The position numbers were made by a program, and so were the translations under genes. A stretch of 64,000 bases of DNA from Scyliorhinus canicula (taxonomy: Eukaryota). The DNA lies in contig NC_052174.1 of assembly GCF_902713615.1 (NCBI RefSeq), forward strand, positions 11,898,514 through 11,962,513, given 5' to 3'. Shown here piece by piece: positions 26,001 through 36,900 of this stretch (the first letter of the stretch is position 1; each line of letters opens with the position of its first letter). Under the pieces are notes generated by a model. It was not told where the DNA came from and did not search any database. It worked only from the letters and a program-made list of their open reading frames with translations.

Positions 26001-26315
26001 GGGGCAGCACAGTGGTTAGCACTCCTGCCTCGTGGCACCAAGGTCCCAGGTTCAATCCCAGCTCAGTCACTGTCTGTATGGAGTTTGCATAGTCTCACCC
26101 CCACAACCCAAAGATGTGCAGGGTAGGTAGATTGGCCACACTAAATTGCCCCTCAATTGGAAAACATTAATTGGGTACTGTAAATTTTAACAAAAAAAGT
26201 ATCGACTCAGTTCATCGACTCAAGAGAATTTAAATATACCTGACGCCAGTGGGGAAGACGGAGGCTCTTCAATAGTCCGGAGGAGTGGCGTGTACAAGCT
26301 ACTTTCCAGGTCCAT
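22872..26315 (-). CDS. TMEM272: TMEM272-like four-TM protein, copy A (179 aa)
   Basis: Exons 26240-26315, 25004-25054, 24192-24395, 22872-23080; all introns GT-AG and phase 1; 540 nt open. Motifs YLDSCTKQYLIPIYLIVSG, FIWFITGNVWIY and YCDKTLYLFAFW are typical of the TMEM272 family. In-frame TAG lies upstream of the ATG. Confidence 0.88.
24192..24395 (-). CDS. TMEM272-like copy A, exon 3 (204 nt)
   Basis: TVYLDSCTKQYLIPIYLIVSGSFTLFFMMISVVSC...WKSVISLFSFIWFIT; canonical AG/GT ends. Confidence 0.88.
24745..24915 (-). mobile_element. Short SINE in copy A intron 2
   Basis: Matches 58450-58635 in reverse (CCGGAATGTGGCGACTAGGGGCTTTTCACAG, (TTTCA)n tail). Confidence 0.7.
25004..25054 (-). CDS. TMEM272-like copy A, exon 2 (51 nt)
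   Basis: cttttcag|..SMKIMTSLLAIASITI(G)|gtgaga; a same-size exon is present in copies B and C. Confidence 0.85.
25236..25440 (+). mobile_element. Short SINE, TTGGGTACTCTAAATTT(A)n tail
   Basis: Head plus core; same type at 26000-26197, 33085-33302(-), 37877-38095 and 53413-53626. Confidence 0.8.
26000..26197 (+). mobile_element. Short SINE
   Basis: As 25236-25440. Confidence 0.8.
26240..26315 (-). CDS. TMEM272-like copy A, first coding exon
   Basis: MDLESSLYTPLLRTIEEPPSSPLAS; paralogous to 45327-45402; acceptor at 26344, donor at 26239. Confidence 0.8.
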
Positions 26316-27449
26316 GTCAACAGCCACTTCCTATCCAGTGAACCTACAATTAGGGAGATGTATCCACATTACACAGGCAGCTAACAATCATGGCCCAACT
26401 GAGTCAGTGGGAGCCCATCAGCCAGAGTGCAGACAACACATGGAAAAAAAATTCTCAGCTATTTTACACACCACCTGAAAAACCCCTGGCTTGCTGAATT
26501 AGCACATCAATGAGATGGGTGAACTACCTCATTCTGCCTGCAAAACAAGCATTTTGCTTTACCTGCATGCCTGCCAATATTGTTGACACAACCAATCTTT
26601 GGCAGGCAGTAATACATCAGCATCTTACTGGCCCTCCCACCTTACCCATTCACCAATTACTAGTTTGAAGAAGTTGACACAAACAAGGGGGTATTGGGTA
26701 ATGGAAGACCGTCCTCGAAATTGAATCTACCCCAAATAGGAACGCCAGCTGATGAGAATAGTTTGGCACAACTCACCCTTCTTTGCATTAGTACAGGCTT
26801 TTGTTTTCAAAAAGAAATGGCTTTTCCCAAAAAAGCAGCAATCGACAGGTTAAAAACAAGACTAATGACAGGACAATGCTGGGGGGGGGGGGGGGGGGGG
26901 GTAAAAATTAGCCTGCAAGCAGAACAATTGTTTAAACTTTAATCAAGTCTTATGATTACACCAGGAGTTCCTCAATCATTTATATTAAACACCAAATGTA
27001 TGTATCCCTCCGTTGCTCAACACACAAGACGCTACTCACTAACCGTAACTATCAACCAGGATTATATAGATCATCTTTAAAACGGTTTTAAAACTAAATC
27101 CGATCGGAATGAAGATTTGAGATGGGGATATGGGGGGGGGGAAATCAGTTAAAAACTCAAGATGACAATCCAACACACTTAAACTACCCCTCCCTGGCCA
27201 CCAAACAGCTGTGGAAATGGAGAACAACAAACTCAACCTGAAGTTGCCGTCTCCAAACACTGGTTAAGATACCAGCTCTTGTAAATTTCAAATTGACCCC
27301 CTAGAGGGGAGACACAAGTTTTAACTCCCACAAGGTGCAAAGCTGTCGAAACCAGGGAGCGGAGATTGGTGCTCAATAACTCTGACAATCAAAGGCATTA
27401 ATTTTGGAATGACGAGGGGGGGACAAACCTGGGGTCTAATGCATCAGAA

Positions 27450-27680
27450 CTCACCCAGCTCAACGAGCAGAGTACAGAACTAACCCTCTGCTATGTCCAT
27501 TTATAAAAGATCCCTTCAAACCCAAATTCTCCTGTTCACTTTTGACTTTTAATTGGCTGTTTGCAAAGAGCCAATCTAAACGCGGTTGCATCAAACGGCA
27601 GCTGAGAGTTTATCTGGGATTGTATGTGGGTGGCAAGTCATTGAGATTTTCCAATAGTCATTTCATTTTCATTTCTTTAC
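27450..27680 (-). promoter_or_regulatory. Candidate promoter and short 5'UTR exon of TMEM272-like copy A
   Basis: Donor G|GTGAGT at 27454, TATAAA 27500-27505, CCAAT boxes ~27552 and ~27571, GAAATGAAAATGAAA (IRF-like) 27661-27675; not obviously repeat-derived. Confidence 0.35.
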
Positions 27681-27844
27681 CTGCTTGAGGGGGAGGTCAT
27701 TTATTTAATGGGTCACTAATAGTCCAGAGTCACCAAGAAAATATTTTCCAAAAGGACCAGTTCCATTTATATTCGCAACCACAGGAAGCTCCCAGAACTT
27801 TACAACTAATTAAGTATTCTTTGAAATGTCCTCACTTAAGGTAA

Positions 27845-28320
27845 ATACTGTGGCTACCAGGGCAGGTCAGAGGTTGGGAATCCTGCGGAGAGTAACTCCC
27901 CTCCTGAACCCTCCCCCCCCCCCCCCCCAAAGCCTGTCCACCATCTACAAGTCAGGAGTGTGATGGGAGACTCTCCACTTGCCTGGATGAGCGCAGCTCC
28001 AACAACACTCCAGAAGCTCCACACCATCCAGGACAAAGCAGCCCCGCTTGATTGGCTCCCCTTCCACAAACATTCACTCCCTCCACCACCGACGCACAAT
28101 GGCAGCATCTTGACTTTGGAATATATTGTCCGTTCCTTCACTGTCGCTGGGTCAAAATCCTGGAACCCCCTCCCTAACAGAACTGTGGGTGTACCTACAC
28201 CGGATGGACTGCAGCGGCTCAAGAAAGCAGCTCACCCACCACCTCAAGGGGCAATTAGGGATGGGCAATAAATGCTGTCCTAACCAGTCAATCCTCACAT
28301 TCCAGAAAGGATATATTTTT
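27845..28320 (+). mobile_element. LINE 3' fragment (IQDKAA family)
   Basis: SPLAWMSAAPTTLQKLHTIQDKAA; tail GGGCAATTAGGGATGGGCAATAAAT. Confidence 0.75.
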
Positions 28321-28384
28321 AAAACAGTCGTACATATAGGAAAAGTCAATTTTCACACATCAAGCTTCGACAAACAGCAATGTT

Positions 28385-28545
28385 TTAACGGGCAGCTAAT
28401 CCATTTAGCGATGTTGGTTATGGAATAAATATCGGGCCAGGATGCCAGGGTGAACTCTTCTAGGCTCCTTCGAAATATTGGCACAGGATCTTTTACATTC
28501 ACCCGAGAGAGGGGGAGGGGCCTCAGCTCTACGACTTCCAAGATG
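28385..28545 (-). mobile_element. Deu-domain SINE fragment (SacSINE1-like)
   Basis: Reverse complement matches 61040-61380 (GATCC..GAAG..TCCTGGCC..ATATTTAT..C). Confidence 0.55.
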
Positions 28546-28609
28546 AGTCATATTGGATTCCAGATGTTAGCTCTTCCAGATGTTAGCTCTGTTTCTAACT
28601 CCATAAAGA

Positions 28610-29203
28610 ACAGCCTGTCCTAGTCCCCCCATGCCGACACTACAGTTAAGAAAGCCCACCAACGACTACTTTCTCAGAAGACTAAGGAAATTTGGCATGT
28701 CACCTATGACCCTCACCAACTTCTACAGATGCACCACAGATGCATTCTTTCTGGTTGTATCACAGCTTGGTATGGAGCCTACTCTGCCCAAGATCGCAGG
28801 AAACTACAAAAGGTCGTGAATGTAGCCCAGTCCATCACGCAAACCAGCTCCCATCCATTGATTCTATCTATAATTTCCGCTGCCTCCAGCATAATTAAGG
28901 ACCCCACGCACCCTGGACATACTCTCTTCCACCTTCTTCCGTCAGGAAAAAGATACCAAAGTTTGAGGTCACGTACCAACCGACTCAAGAACAGCTTCTT
29001 CCCTACTGCCATCAGAACTTTGAATGGATCTACCTCGTATTAAGTTGATCTTTTCTCCACTTCTTGCTGTAACTGTAACATTATATTCTGCAGTCTCTCC
29101 TTCCTTCCCTATGTACGGTATGCATTGTTTGTACAGCATGCAAGAAAACAATACTTTTCACTATATACTAATACATGTGACAATAATAAATCAAATCAAA
29201 TCA
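28610..29203 (+). mobile_element. Rex1/Babar LINE 3' fragment
   Basis: YFLRRLRKFGMS; CITAWYG..QDRRKLQKVV; (TCAAA)n tail. Confidence 0.85.
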
Positions 29204-29269
29204 CTGATGCTGTCAGACATTTGAGGTTTCCCAGCATTTCCTGACCTTTAACCTGAGTTTAATGGCTCA

Positions 29270-29502
29270 CCCAAAAGACAGAATCTTCTGACAGTCTCAC
29301 TGGAGGTTTTTGCTTTGATATTTGTACTGCTTCAGAGGGGGCACTGTGGGTTTGGAGAAGAGCAAGAGAATTCTTCTTGGTGTCCTGGACAATATTTACC
29401 CCTCAATCGACATCACAAAAATGGCTTTTTCTGGTCACCATCACATTGGTGTTCGTGGGAGTCTCCTTTGTATAAATTGGCTGCTGCGTTTCTTACACCA
29501 TA
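29270..29502 (+). mobile_element. Deu-domain SINE fragment
   Basis: GAAGAGCA..GGTGTCCTGG.CAATATTTA.CCCTCAA..AAATTGGCTGC. Confidence 0.55.
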
Positions 29503-29504
29503 AG

Positions 29505-30178
29505 GCATAGAACTTAGAACAGTACAGCACGGAACAGGCCCTTCAGCCCTCGATGTTGTGCCTAGTCTTGTTCAAAACCAAGGTCAAGCTATCCCACTCC
29601 CTGTCATTCTGGTGTGCTCCATGTGCCTATCCAATAACCGCTTGAAAATTGCTAAAGTGTCCGACTCCACTATCACAGCAGGCTGTCCATCCCACACCCT
29701 AACCACTCTCTGAATAAAGAACCTACCTCGGACATCCCTCCTATATCTCCCATGCCGAACCTTATAGTTGTGCCCCCTTGTAACAGCTACATCCACCCAA
29801 GGAAATAGCCTCTGAACGTCCACTCTATCTATCCCCCTCATCATCTTATAAAACTCTATTAAGTCGCCTCTCATCCTCCTCCGCTCCAATGAGAAAAGCC
29901 CTAGCTCCCTCATTCTTATCTCATAAGACCTACTCTCCAATCCAGGCAGCATCCTGGTAAATCTCCTTTGCACTGTTTCCAATGCTTCCACATCCTTCCT
30001 ATAGTGAGGTGACCAGAACCGCACACAATACTCCAAATGTGGTCTCACCAGGGTCATGTACAGTTGCAGCATAATCCTACGGCTCTTAAACTCAAGCCCC
30101 CTGTTAATAAATGCTACCACACTGTAGGCCTTCTTCATGGCTCTATCCACTTGAGTGGCAACCTTCAGAGATTTGTGG
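29505..30178 (-). mobile_element. CR1/HER1 LINE 3' end
   Basis: 188-aa ORF2 C-terminus with LVRPHLEYCVRFWSP; HER1 tail. Confidence 0.92.
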
Positions 30179-30673
30179 ACATAGGAGCAGAATTAGGCCA
30201 TTCGGCCCGTCGAGTCAGCTCCGCCATTCGATCATGGCTGATATGTTTCTCATCCCCGTTCTCCTTCCTTCTCCCCATAACCCCCGATCCCCTCAACACC
30301 GTAACAGTGACCAAACTGGAAAGTCATTTTTTTCTCAACATTTCCTTCCCGTGGATATACAAATATTGAAAATGGTGGGGGACATTATAAACTACAGATG
30401 TTTAGTCATAACAAATTTGCATGGGGTGAGTCAGGGAATTAATAAACAATAGTTTGTGATTGCAAGATAATGGGTTCCAGCTCATAAATCCTCCGTGCCC
30501 AGTGGGTACCACAGGGGGTGGAGTGTATCACCACCCCGGAAATGACATTTTGGTTTTGTTAGCTACGTTTCCTTTGACATTTTGATATTTACAGTGCCCC
30601 CACCAGAGACTATCGCTCCCTCTCTTTTTCGATTTATGGAGTTTTGTTTTCTCAAGAGATTATAAATATGTGG

Positions 30674-30704
<31 letters not shown>

Positions 30705-31239
30705 TGGGGGGGCGGGGGGGGGGGGGGGGGATTCTTGGACCCTGTTTTTTTAAGTTGTGTTTTCTCTGCCCCCCTTCTCCACCAAAGTATTTCATCTCTG
30801 CATTTGCCGAACTTGCTGAGGCTGAAATATGATTAGAAACAGAAGTTGCATTGTAGTTTCAACAGCAGCTTAACTGTAAATGGTGAACATGTCGGGTGTG
30901 ATTCATTAGGTACACTCTTGTGGGTGTGTCAAAATGGAGAGCCCTCATCACTGGTACGTACACAATCTACGGGCCATCCAATAGCTTAAATTAAACCAGC
31001 AGGTTTATGGGAGGGGCTTCGGTCAACATGCAATCTCCTTAACTCGATGAAAACTGCTTAGCTTATGGAACACAGTTCCTTCATAGTTAAACATTGTCTG
31101 CGGCGCCCCAGTGCAATCGCCCTCTTCCCCAGTAGAATGTGCAGGTCATGCAGTCACAGAAACACAGTGTGGAAGAGGCCCTTTCGCCCATCGAGGCTGC
31201 ACCGATGCAGGAAAAACACCCGACCTGTCTACCTCAAGG

Positions 31240-31912
31240 AGGCAGCAGAACCAAAGACTCCCTCCCACCCGGGTTAACCTCACTTCCATCGGGCAGGAGA
31301 CACAAAAGTCTGAGAACACGCACTAAAAGATTCAAAAACAGCTTCTTCCCCGCTGTTACCAGACTCTTATGGACTGAACTGATCTCTCCACACAGGGCAG
31401 CACGGTAGCATAGTGGTTAGCATCAATGCTTCACAGCTCCAGGGTCCCAGGTTCGGTTCCCGGCTGGGTCACTGTCTGTGCGGAGTCTGCACGTCCTCCC
31501 CGTGTGTGCGTGGGTTTCCTCCGGGTGCTCCGGTTTCCTCCCACAGTCCAAAGATGTGCGGGTTAGGTGGATTGGCCATGCTAAATTGCCCGTAGTGTTC
31601 TAAAAAGTAAGGCTAAGGGGGAGTTGTTGGGTTACGGGTATAGGGTGGATACGTGAGTTTGAGTAGGGTGAACATTGCTCGGCACAACATCGAGGGCCGA
31701 AGGGCCTGTTCTGTGCTGTACTGTTCTAAATCTAAAATCTTCTCTACTGAGTAGCACTACACTCTGTATGCTTCACTCGATGTCTGTGTATTTACATTGT
31801 GTATTTACCATATGTCCTATTCTTTTCATGTATGGACTGATCGGTTTGGACTGTACGCAGAACAATACTTTTCACTGAACCTCGGTACACTTGACAATAA
31901 ACCTAAATCTAA
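31240..31912 (+). mobile_element. Rex1/Babar 3' end with nested HE1 SINE (31396-31735)
   Basis: LPSGRRHKSLRTRTKRFKNSFFP; the tail resumes after the SINE. Confidence 0.85.
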
Positions 31913-31914
31913 TC

Positions 31915-32360
31915 TGATCCCATTGGCCAGCACTTGGCCCATAGCCTTGAATGTTGTGACGTGCCAAGTGCTCATCCAGGTATTTTTTAAAGGATGTGAG
32001 GCAGCCCGCTTCTACCCCGCTCCCAGGCAGCGCGGTCCAAACCCTCACTACCCTCTGGGTGAAAATGCTTTTCCTCAAACCCCCCCCTAAACCTCCTGCC
32101 CCTCTTGAACCTGTGTCCCCCCTCGTGACTGACCCTTCAACTCAGGGGATCAGCTGCTCCCTATCCACCCTGTCCGTGCCCCTCATAATCTTGTCCACCT
32201 CGATCAGGTCACCCCTCAGTCTCTGCTCCAGCGGAAACAACCCAAGCCTGTCCGACCTCTCTTCATAACTGAGATGTTCCATCCCAGGCAACATCCTGGT
32301 GAATTTCCACTGCACCCCCACCAGTGCAATCACATCCTTCCAATAATGTGCGACCAGAAG
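31915..32360 (-). mobile_element. CR1 LINE 3' fragment
   Basis: FTRMLPGMEHLSYEER; FTQRVVRVW. Confidence 0.85.
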
Positions 32361-32529
32361 AAACTGGCTGGAATTTCAATTTAATTCACAGAAAGGCAGA
32401 TGGGAGGATACAACCTGCCAACTAACCCGCAGGTCCAAATCAGAATCTCATGAGACCATAATTCAACTGCTGCTGATGTCTTGGAGGCCATGTTGTCGAA
32501 CACCACCCAGTTTTAAAAGGGAGGGAAGC

Positions 32530-32915
32530 TAAGGGCCGGTTTAGCTCCGTCGGCTGGACGGCTGGTTCATGATGCAGAGCGAGGTTGGCAGCGTGGGTTC
32601 AATTCCTGTAGCGGCTGAGGTATTCATTAAGGCCCCGTCTTCTCAACCTCACCCCTCACCCGAGGTGTGGTGATCCAAAGATCGGCCAGTTAGGTAGATT
32701 GGTCATGCTAAATTGCCCCGCAGTGTCCAAAAGTTAAGTGGGGTTGCTGGGTGGAGGTGTGGGCTTTGATAGGGTGCTCTTTCGAGGGCTGGTGTAGACT
32801 CGATGGGCTGAATGGCCTCCTTCTGCGCTGTAAATTCTATGATTCCCCAGGTTAAATCGCCACCAGTCAGCTCTCCCCTCAAAGGAGAAAGCAGCCTGTG
32901 GACGATGGTGTCTTT
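32530..32915 (+). mobile_element. tRNA-derived SINE with nested HE1 tail fragment
   Basis: A/B-box-like head (GGGTTCAATTCC); HE1 3' part at 32687-32843. Confidence 0.55.
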
Positions 32916-33084
32916 CCTTACAGGTTTGTGCAGTTAGAGGGAGAATGAATTTATAAACTCACCCCGCCACAGCAATGCCCACCACTCCCACCCCCCACTT
33001 CAGCTTCCAGGAGTCAGGAAAAGTCAACTGGAGTCATAGCTCGGCAAGGAAGCCACCTATTTCTTTATCAATGGAAGTTTTTAA

Positions 33085-33302
33085 AAAAAAATTTAGATTA
33101 CCCAATTACTTTTTCCAATTAAGGGGCAATTTAGTGTGGCCAATCCACCTACTCTGCACATTTTTGGGTTGTGGGGGCGAAACCCACGCAGACACGGGGA
33201 GAATGTGCAAACTCCACACGGACAGTGACCCAGGGCCGGGATCGAACCTGGGACCTCAGCGCCGTGAGGCGGTTGTGCTAACCACTAGGCCACCGTGCTG
33301 GC
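33085..33302 (-). mobile_element. Short SINE
   Basis: Head, core and AATTGGGTAATCTAAATTT tail. Confidence 0.82.
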
Positions 33303-33733
33303 CTATCAATGGAAGTTGACGGGTTTAATAGGTACAAGTTTCAGGTACTGCTGAAGTCCTTGACCTTTTCCTCAGACTAGACGTGGAGCTGAAGCTTGAT
33401 GCAGAGCCTCAAAATTCATTCACCGAATGGAGGGGACTGGAATCAGTTATTGAGTTGATGGTGAGAAATATTTCACAAAGGCATAAACAAAACATTTCCT
33501 GGTTCCCAGAATTGCACACCAGATAGGGTGCAGTTTAATTCCATAAATGTAGATTGAGGTTGTACAGGTAAAACATGAAAGTGCCTTTTCAGGTATTTTT
33601 TTCACAAACTGTCCAAAATATGCGCGACTAACTGGATTATAACCAAATCGCGCCATTCACAGAAACATTCGGTAAGGAGTTGGCGCAACTTTCTCACATT
33701 GAGATGAGGCGAGAAATTTGTCCATTCGAGCAT

Positions 33734-33930
33734 TTAGCCATCGCTTCGTCTAATCCAGGCCGTCCCACCCAAAAGGCAAGCACAAAATCCCAGAAATAGC
33801 ATTAACGCAAAGATAATATAAATGGCAGTGTTGGTCCAGAAAGCAAAAAGGTACAAGGTTTTATTGCAGTAATCAGGAGATGATTGGTCAATATATTCCG
33901 GTTTGTAGATGCTGTAGATCCAAACGTTCC
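33734..33930 (-). CDS. TMEM272-like copy B, last coding exon
   Basis: GNVWIYSIYKPEYIDQSSPDYCNKTLYLFAFWTNTAIYIIFALMLFLGFCACLLGGTAWIRRSDG*. Confidence 0.87.
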
Positions 33931-36900
33931 CTAGAAATGAAGAGAATACGACATTTGTTATTTACTCCCCAAAACCTTCAGTGCCGAGAGCCAGAGATCA
34001 CATCCCCCATGAATGTTCGCACTTTCTGCACCTTCCTTCAGGAGCTGACTTGCAGCACCCACCAGCTATAAGAGTAATTCCAGAGGCCGGGAATCCTGCG
34101 GAGAGTAACTCACCTCCTGACTCCCCAAGGCCTGTCCACCATCTAATCTACAAGGCACAAGTCAGGAATGTGATGGAATACTCTCCACTTGCCTGGATGA
34201 GCGCAACTCCCAACAACACTCAAGTAGCTCAACACCATCCAGGACAAAGCAGCCCTGCTTGTTTCGTACCCCATCCACAAACATTCACTCCCTCCCCCAC
34301 CAATGAACAGTGGCAGCCGTGTGTACCGTCTACAAAATGCACTGCAGCAACTCATCAAGGCTCCTTTGACTGCGCCATCCAAACCCACAATCATTTGATG
34401 TCGAAGGGCAAGAGTGGCAGACACAGGGGAACACCACCACCTGGAAGTTCCCCTCCAAGCCATACATCATCTTGACTGGGAAATATATCGGCCGTTCCTT
34501 CACTGTCGCTGGGGCAAAATCCTGGAACTCCCTCCCTAACAGTACTCCAGGTGTATCTACACCATACGGACTGCAGGGCGGCACTGTGGCACAGTGGTTA
34601 GCACTGCTGCCTCGCAGCGCCAGGGAACCCGGTTCGATTCCAGCCTTGGGTGACTGTCTGCGTGGAGTTTGCACGCTCTCCCCCTGTCCGCGTGAGTTTC
34701 CGTGGTGCCGCCCTACAGTCCAAAGATGTGCAGGTTAGGGTGGATTGGCCATCCTGAATTGCCCCTTAATGCCCAACGGTCAGGTGGGGCTACAGGGTTA
34801 CAGGTATAAGGCGGGGGAGTGGGTCTAGGTAGGGTGTTCTTTCAGAGGGTCAGTGCAGATTCGATGGGCTGAATGGCCTCTTTCTGCACTGTCGGGATTC
34901 TATTCTTCCAACTAACTTTTTATTCGGGATTCTATTCTCATCTATGATTATGAGTCTTAGCCAACCGTGAATTTCCATTGGGAGGACGATCCTTTGGGAG
35001 GAGGGTGATGTTTTCACGAAGCACACACGGGTAAGGCAATGGGACCTGAGGTATATCTGTCCCTTGTCATGTTGCTCGCGGCATGTGGGGAAGCTCTTAC
35101 AAAGGGGAATGCGCATGACCGTAAGGCGTGAAGAAACGAGCAGAGTATCTTGCCCTTCGGCAGACCGCTACCAAGTACAGTGCAAGTTTAATCAAACAGG
35201 GAAGAAAAAAAAATGTTACCTGCTATGAACCAGATAATGGAGAACAGCAATTCCAATCTGTCGCAAACCCGGCCGATTTTGAGCAAGATCGAATTATTAC
35301 TCTCGTCATTTGGGGGACATGGAATCAGGGATATCATCAGGAAAAAGATGGTGGTGCTTCCAGAAACAATGAGATAAATTGGGATCATGTATTGCTTGGT
35401 GCAAGAATCCAAATAGATGGCGCCTACAAAGGGAGGGGAATGAAACAGGGAGAAATGTTAGCAAAAGAGGCCTATGCAAGCCAAGCATGTTTCGCACGAT
35501 TAGGGGTCAACTAGGCGGCACTCCCACCCACCCGCCTCCCCCATATTGCTGGGATTCCTTGTCCCACAAAAAGTTAGCAATCCTAGTTGTGAAAGCTCCT
35601 ACAGAACTCGCAGACTTTGAGAAAAGGCAAGCTAAATGGCCTAACTCTTAATTTAATCGCTTCTCGCCCTCCTCCGTCCTCCCTTCGCAGTTGAACACTT
35701 CGCATTTCGAAACATGCTTAAATCAAATCAGATTTAGGGCAGCACGGTAGCACAAGTGGCTAGCACTGTGGCTTCACAGCGCCAGGGTCCCAGGTTCGAT
35801 TCCCCGCTGGGTCGCCGTCTGTGCGGAGTCTGCACGTTCTCCCCGTGTCTGCGTGGGTTTCCTCCGGGTGCTCCGGTATCCTCCCACAGTCCAAAGATGT
35901 GCAGGTTAGGGTGGATTGGCCAGGCTAAATTGCCCTTAGTGTCCAAAATGGTTAGGAGGGGTTATTGGGTTACGGGGATAGGGTGGAAGTGAGGGCTTAA
36001 GTGGGTCGGTGCTCGGTGCAGACTCGATGGGCCGAATGGCCTCCTTCTGCACTGTATGTTCTGTCAGATTGCTCCTGAATCTTACAAAGTAAGGAGTCCC
36101 TGGAGTTTCTTTCACTCGACTGCTCAACAACGAAAGGATCAAATCCTCAGAGCGACTGGCCTCCGAGCGAACGATGTGGCGGTCAGCATTGAAGCCCGAC
36201 ACGGGATGTTTAGTCACACTGCGTAAAGCAAAAAGCCACAACTCGATCACGTTCCTTCTCCCCAGCCAACGCGTGTGGCACCAGCAATGAGCCAAAACAA
36301 ACAGTGAAGCAGAACCTCGACGGGCAGCTTTTAATTGGAGACACCAATAACCTTTGAAATAGAAATCTCACCAATCGTGATGCAGGCAATTCCCAAGATA
36401 AGCGTCAAAAGTTTCATGCACACTGAAAAAGAATTTTCAAAAAATTTAATATGCTACATTTGAATATATTCTATTCCAGAAGAATACAGTGCAGAAGGCT
36501 GTTTAACCCACTGTGCCTGCCCTTCAGTTACCTGACCCCTCCCATTTTCTTCCAATCCTACAAACATATAAAGCCCATGGGGCTGAAGGGACGTAGGAAT
36601 TAGGAGGAGCCCCCTCCGCTTTTCAATAAGATTGTGGCTCATCTGACTGACGTCAAGCCCCACATTCCTGCCCACCCCCCATAACCCCTGACCCCTGATA
36701 ACCTTTCACCCCTCGTTAATCAAGAATCTATCCAGCTCTGCCTGAAAAAAATATCCAAAGATTCTGCTTCCGCCGCCTTTTGAGGAAGAGAGTTGCAGAG
36801 ACTCCGCCCTCTGAGAGAAAATATTTCTCCCCCATCTCCGTCTTAAAGGGGCCACACCCTTATTTTTAAACGGCGACCCCCCCGCCCCGGTTCTAGATTT

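Noticed and set aside
30676-30730. Long G runs as functional G-quadruplexes (also 63438-63495 and many others)
   Set aside because: Ubiquitous here, mostly inside repeats, and homopolymer lengths are unreliable; no specific evidence of function.
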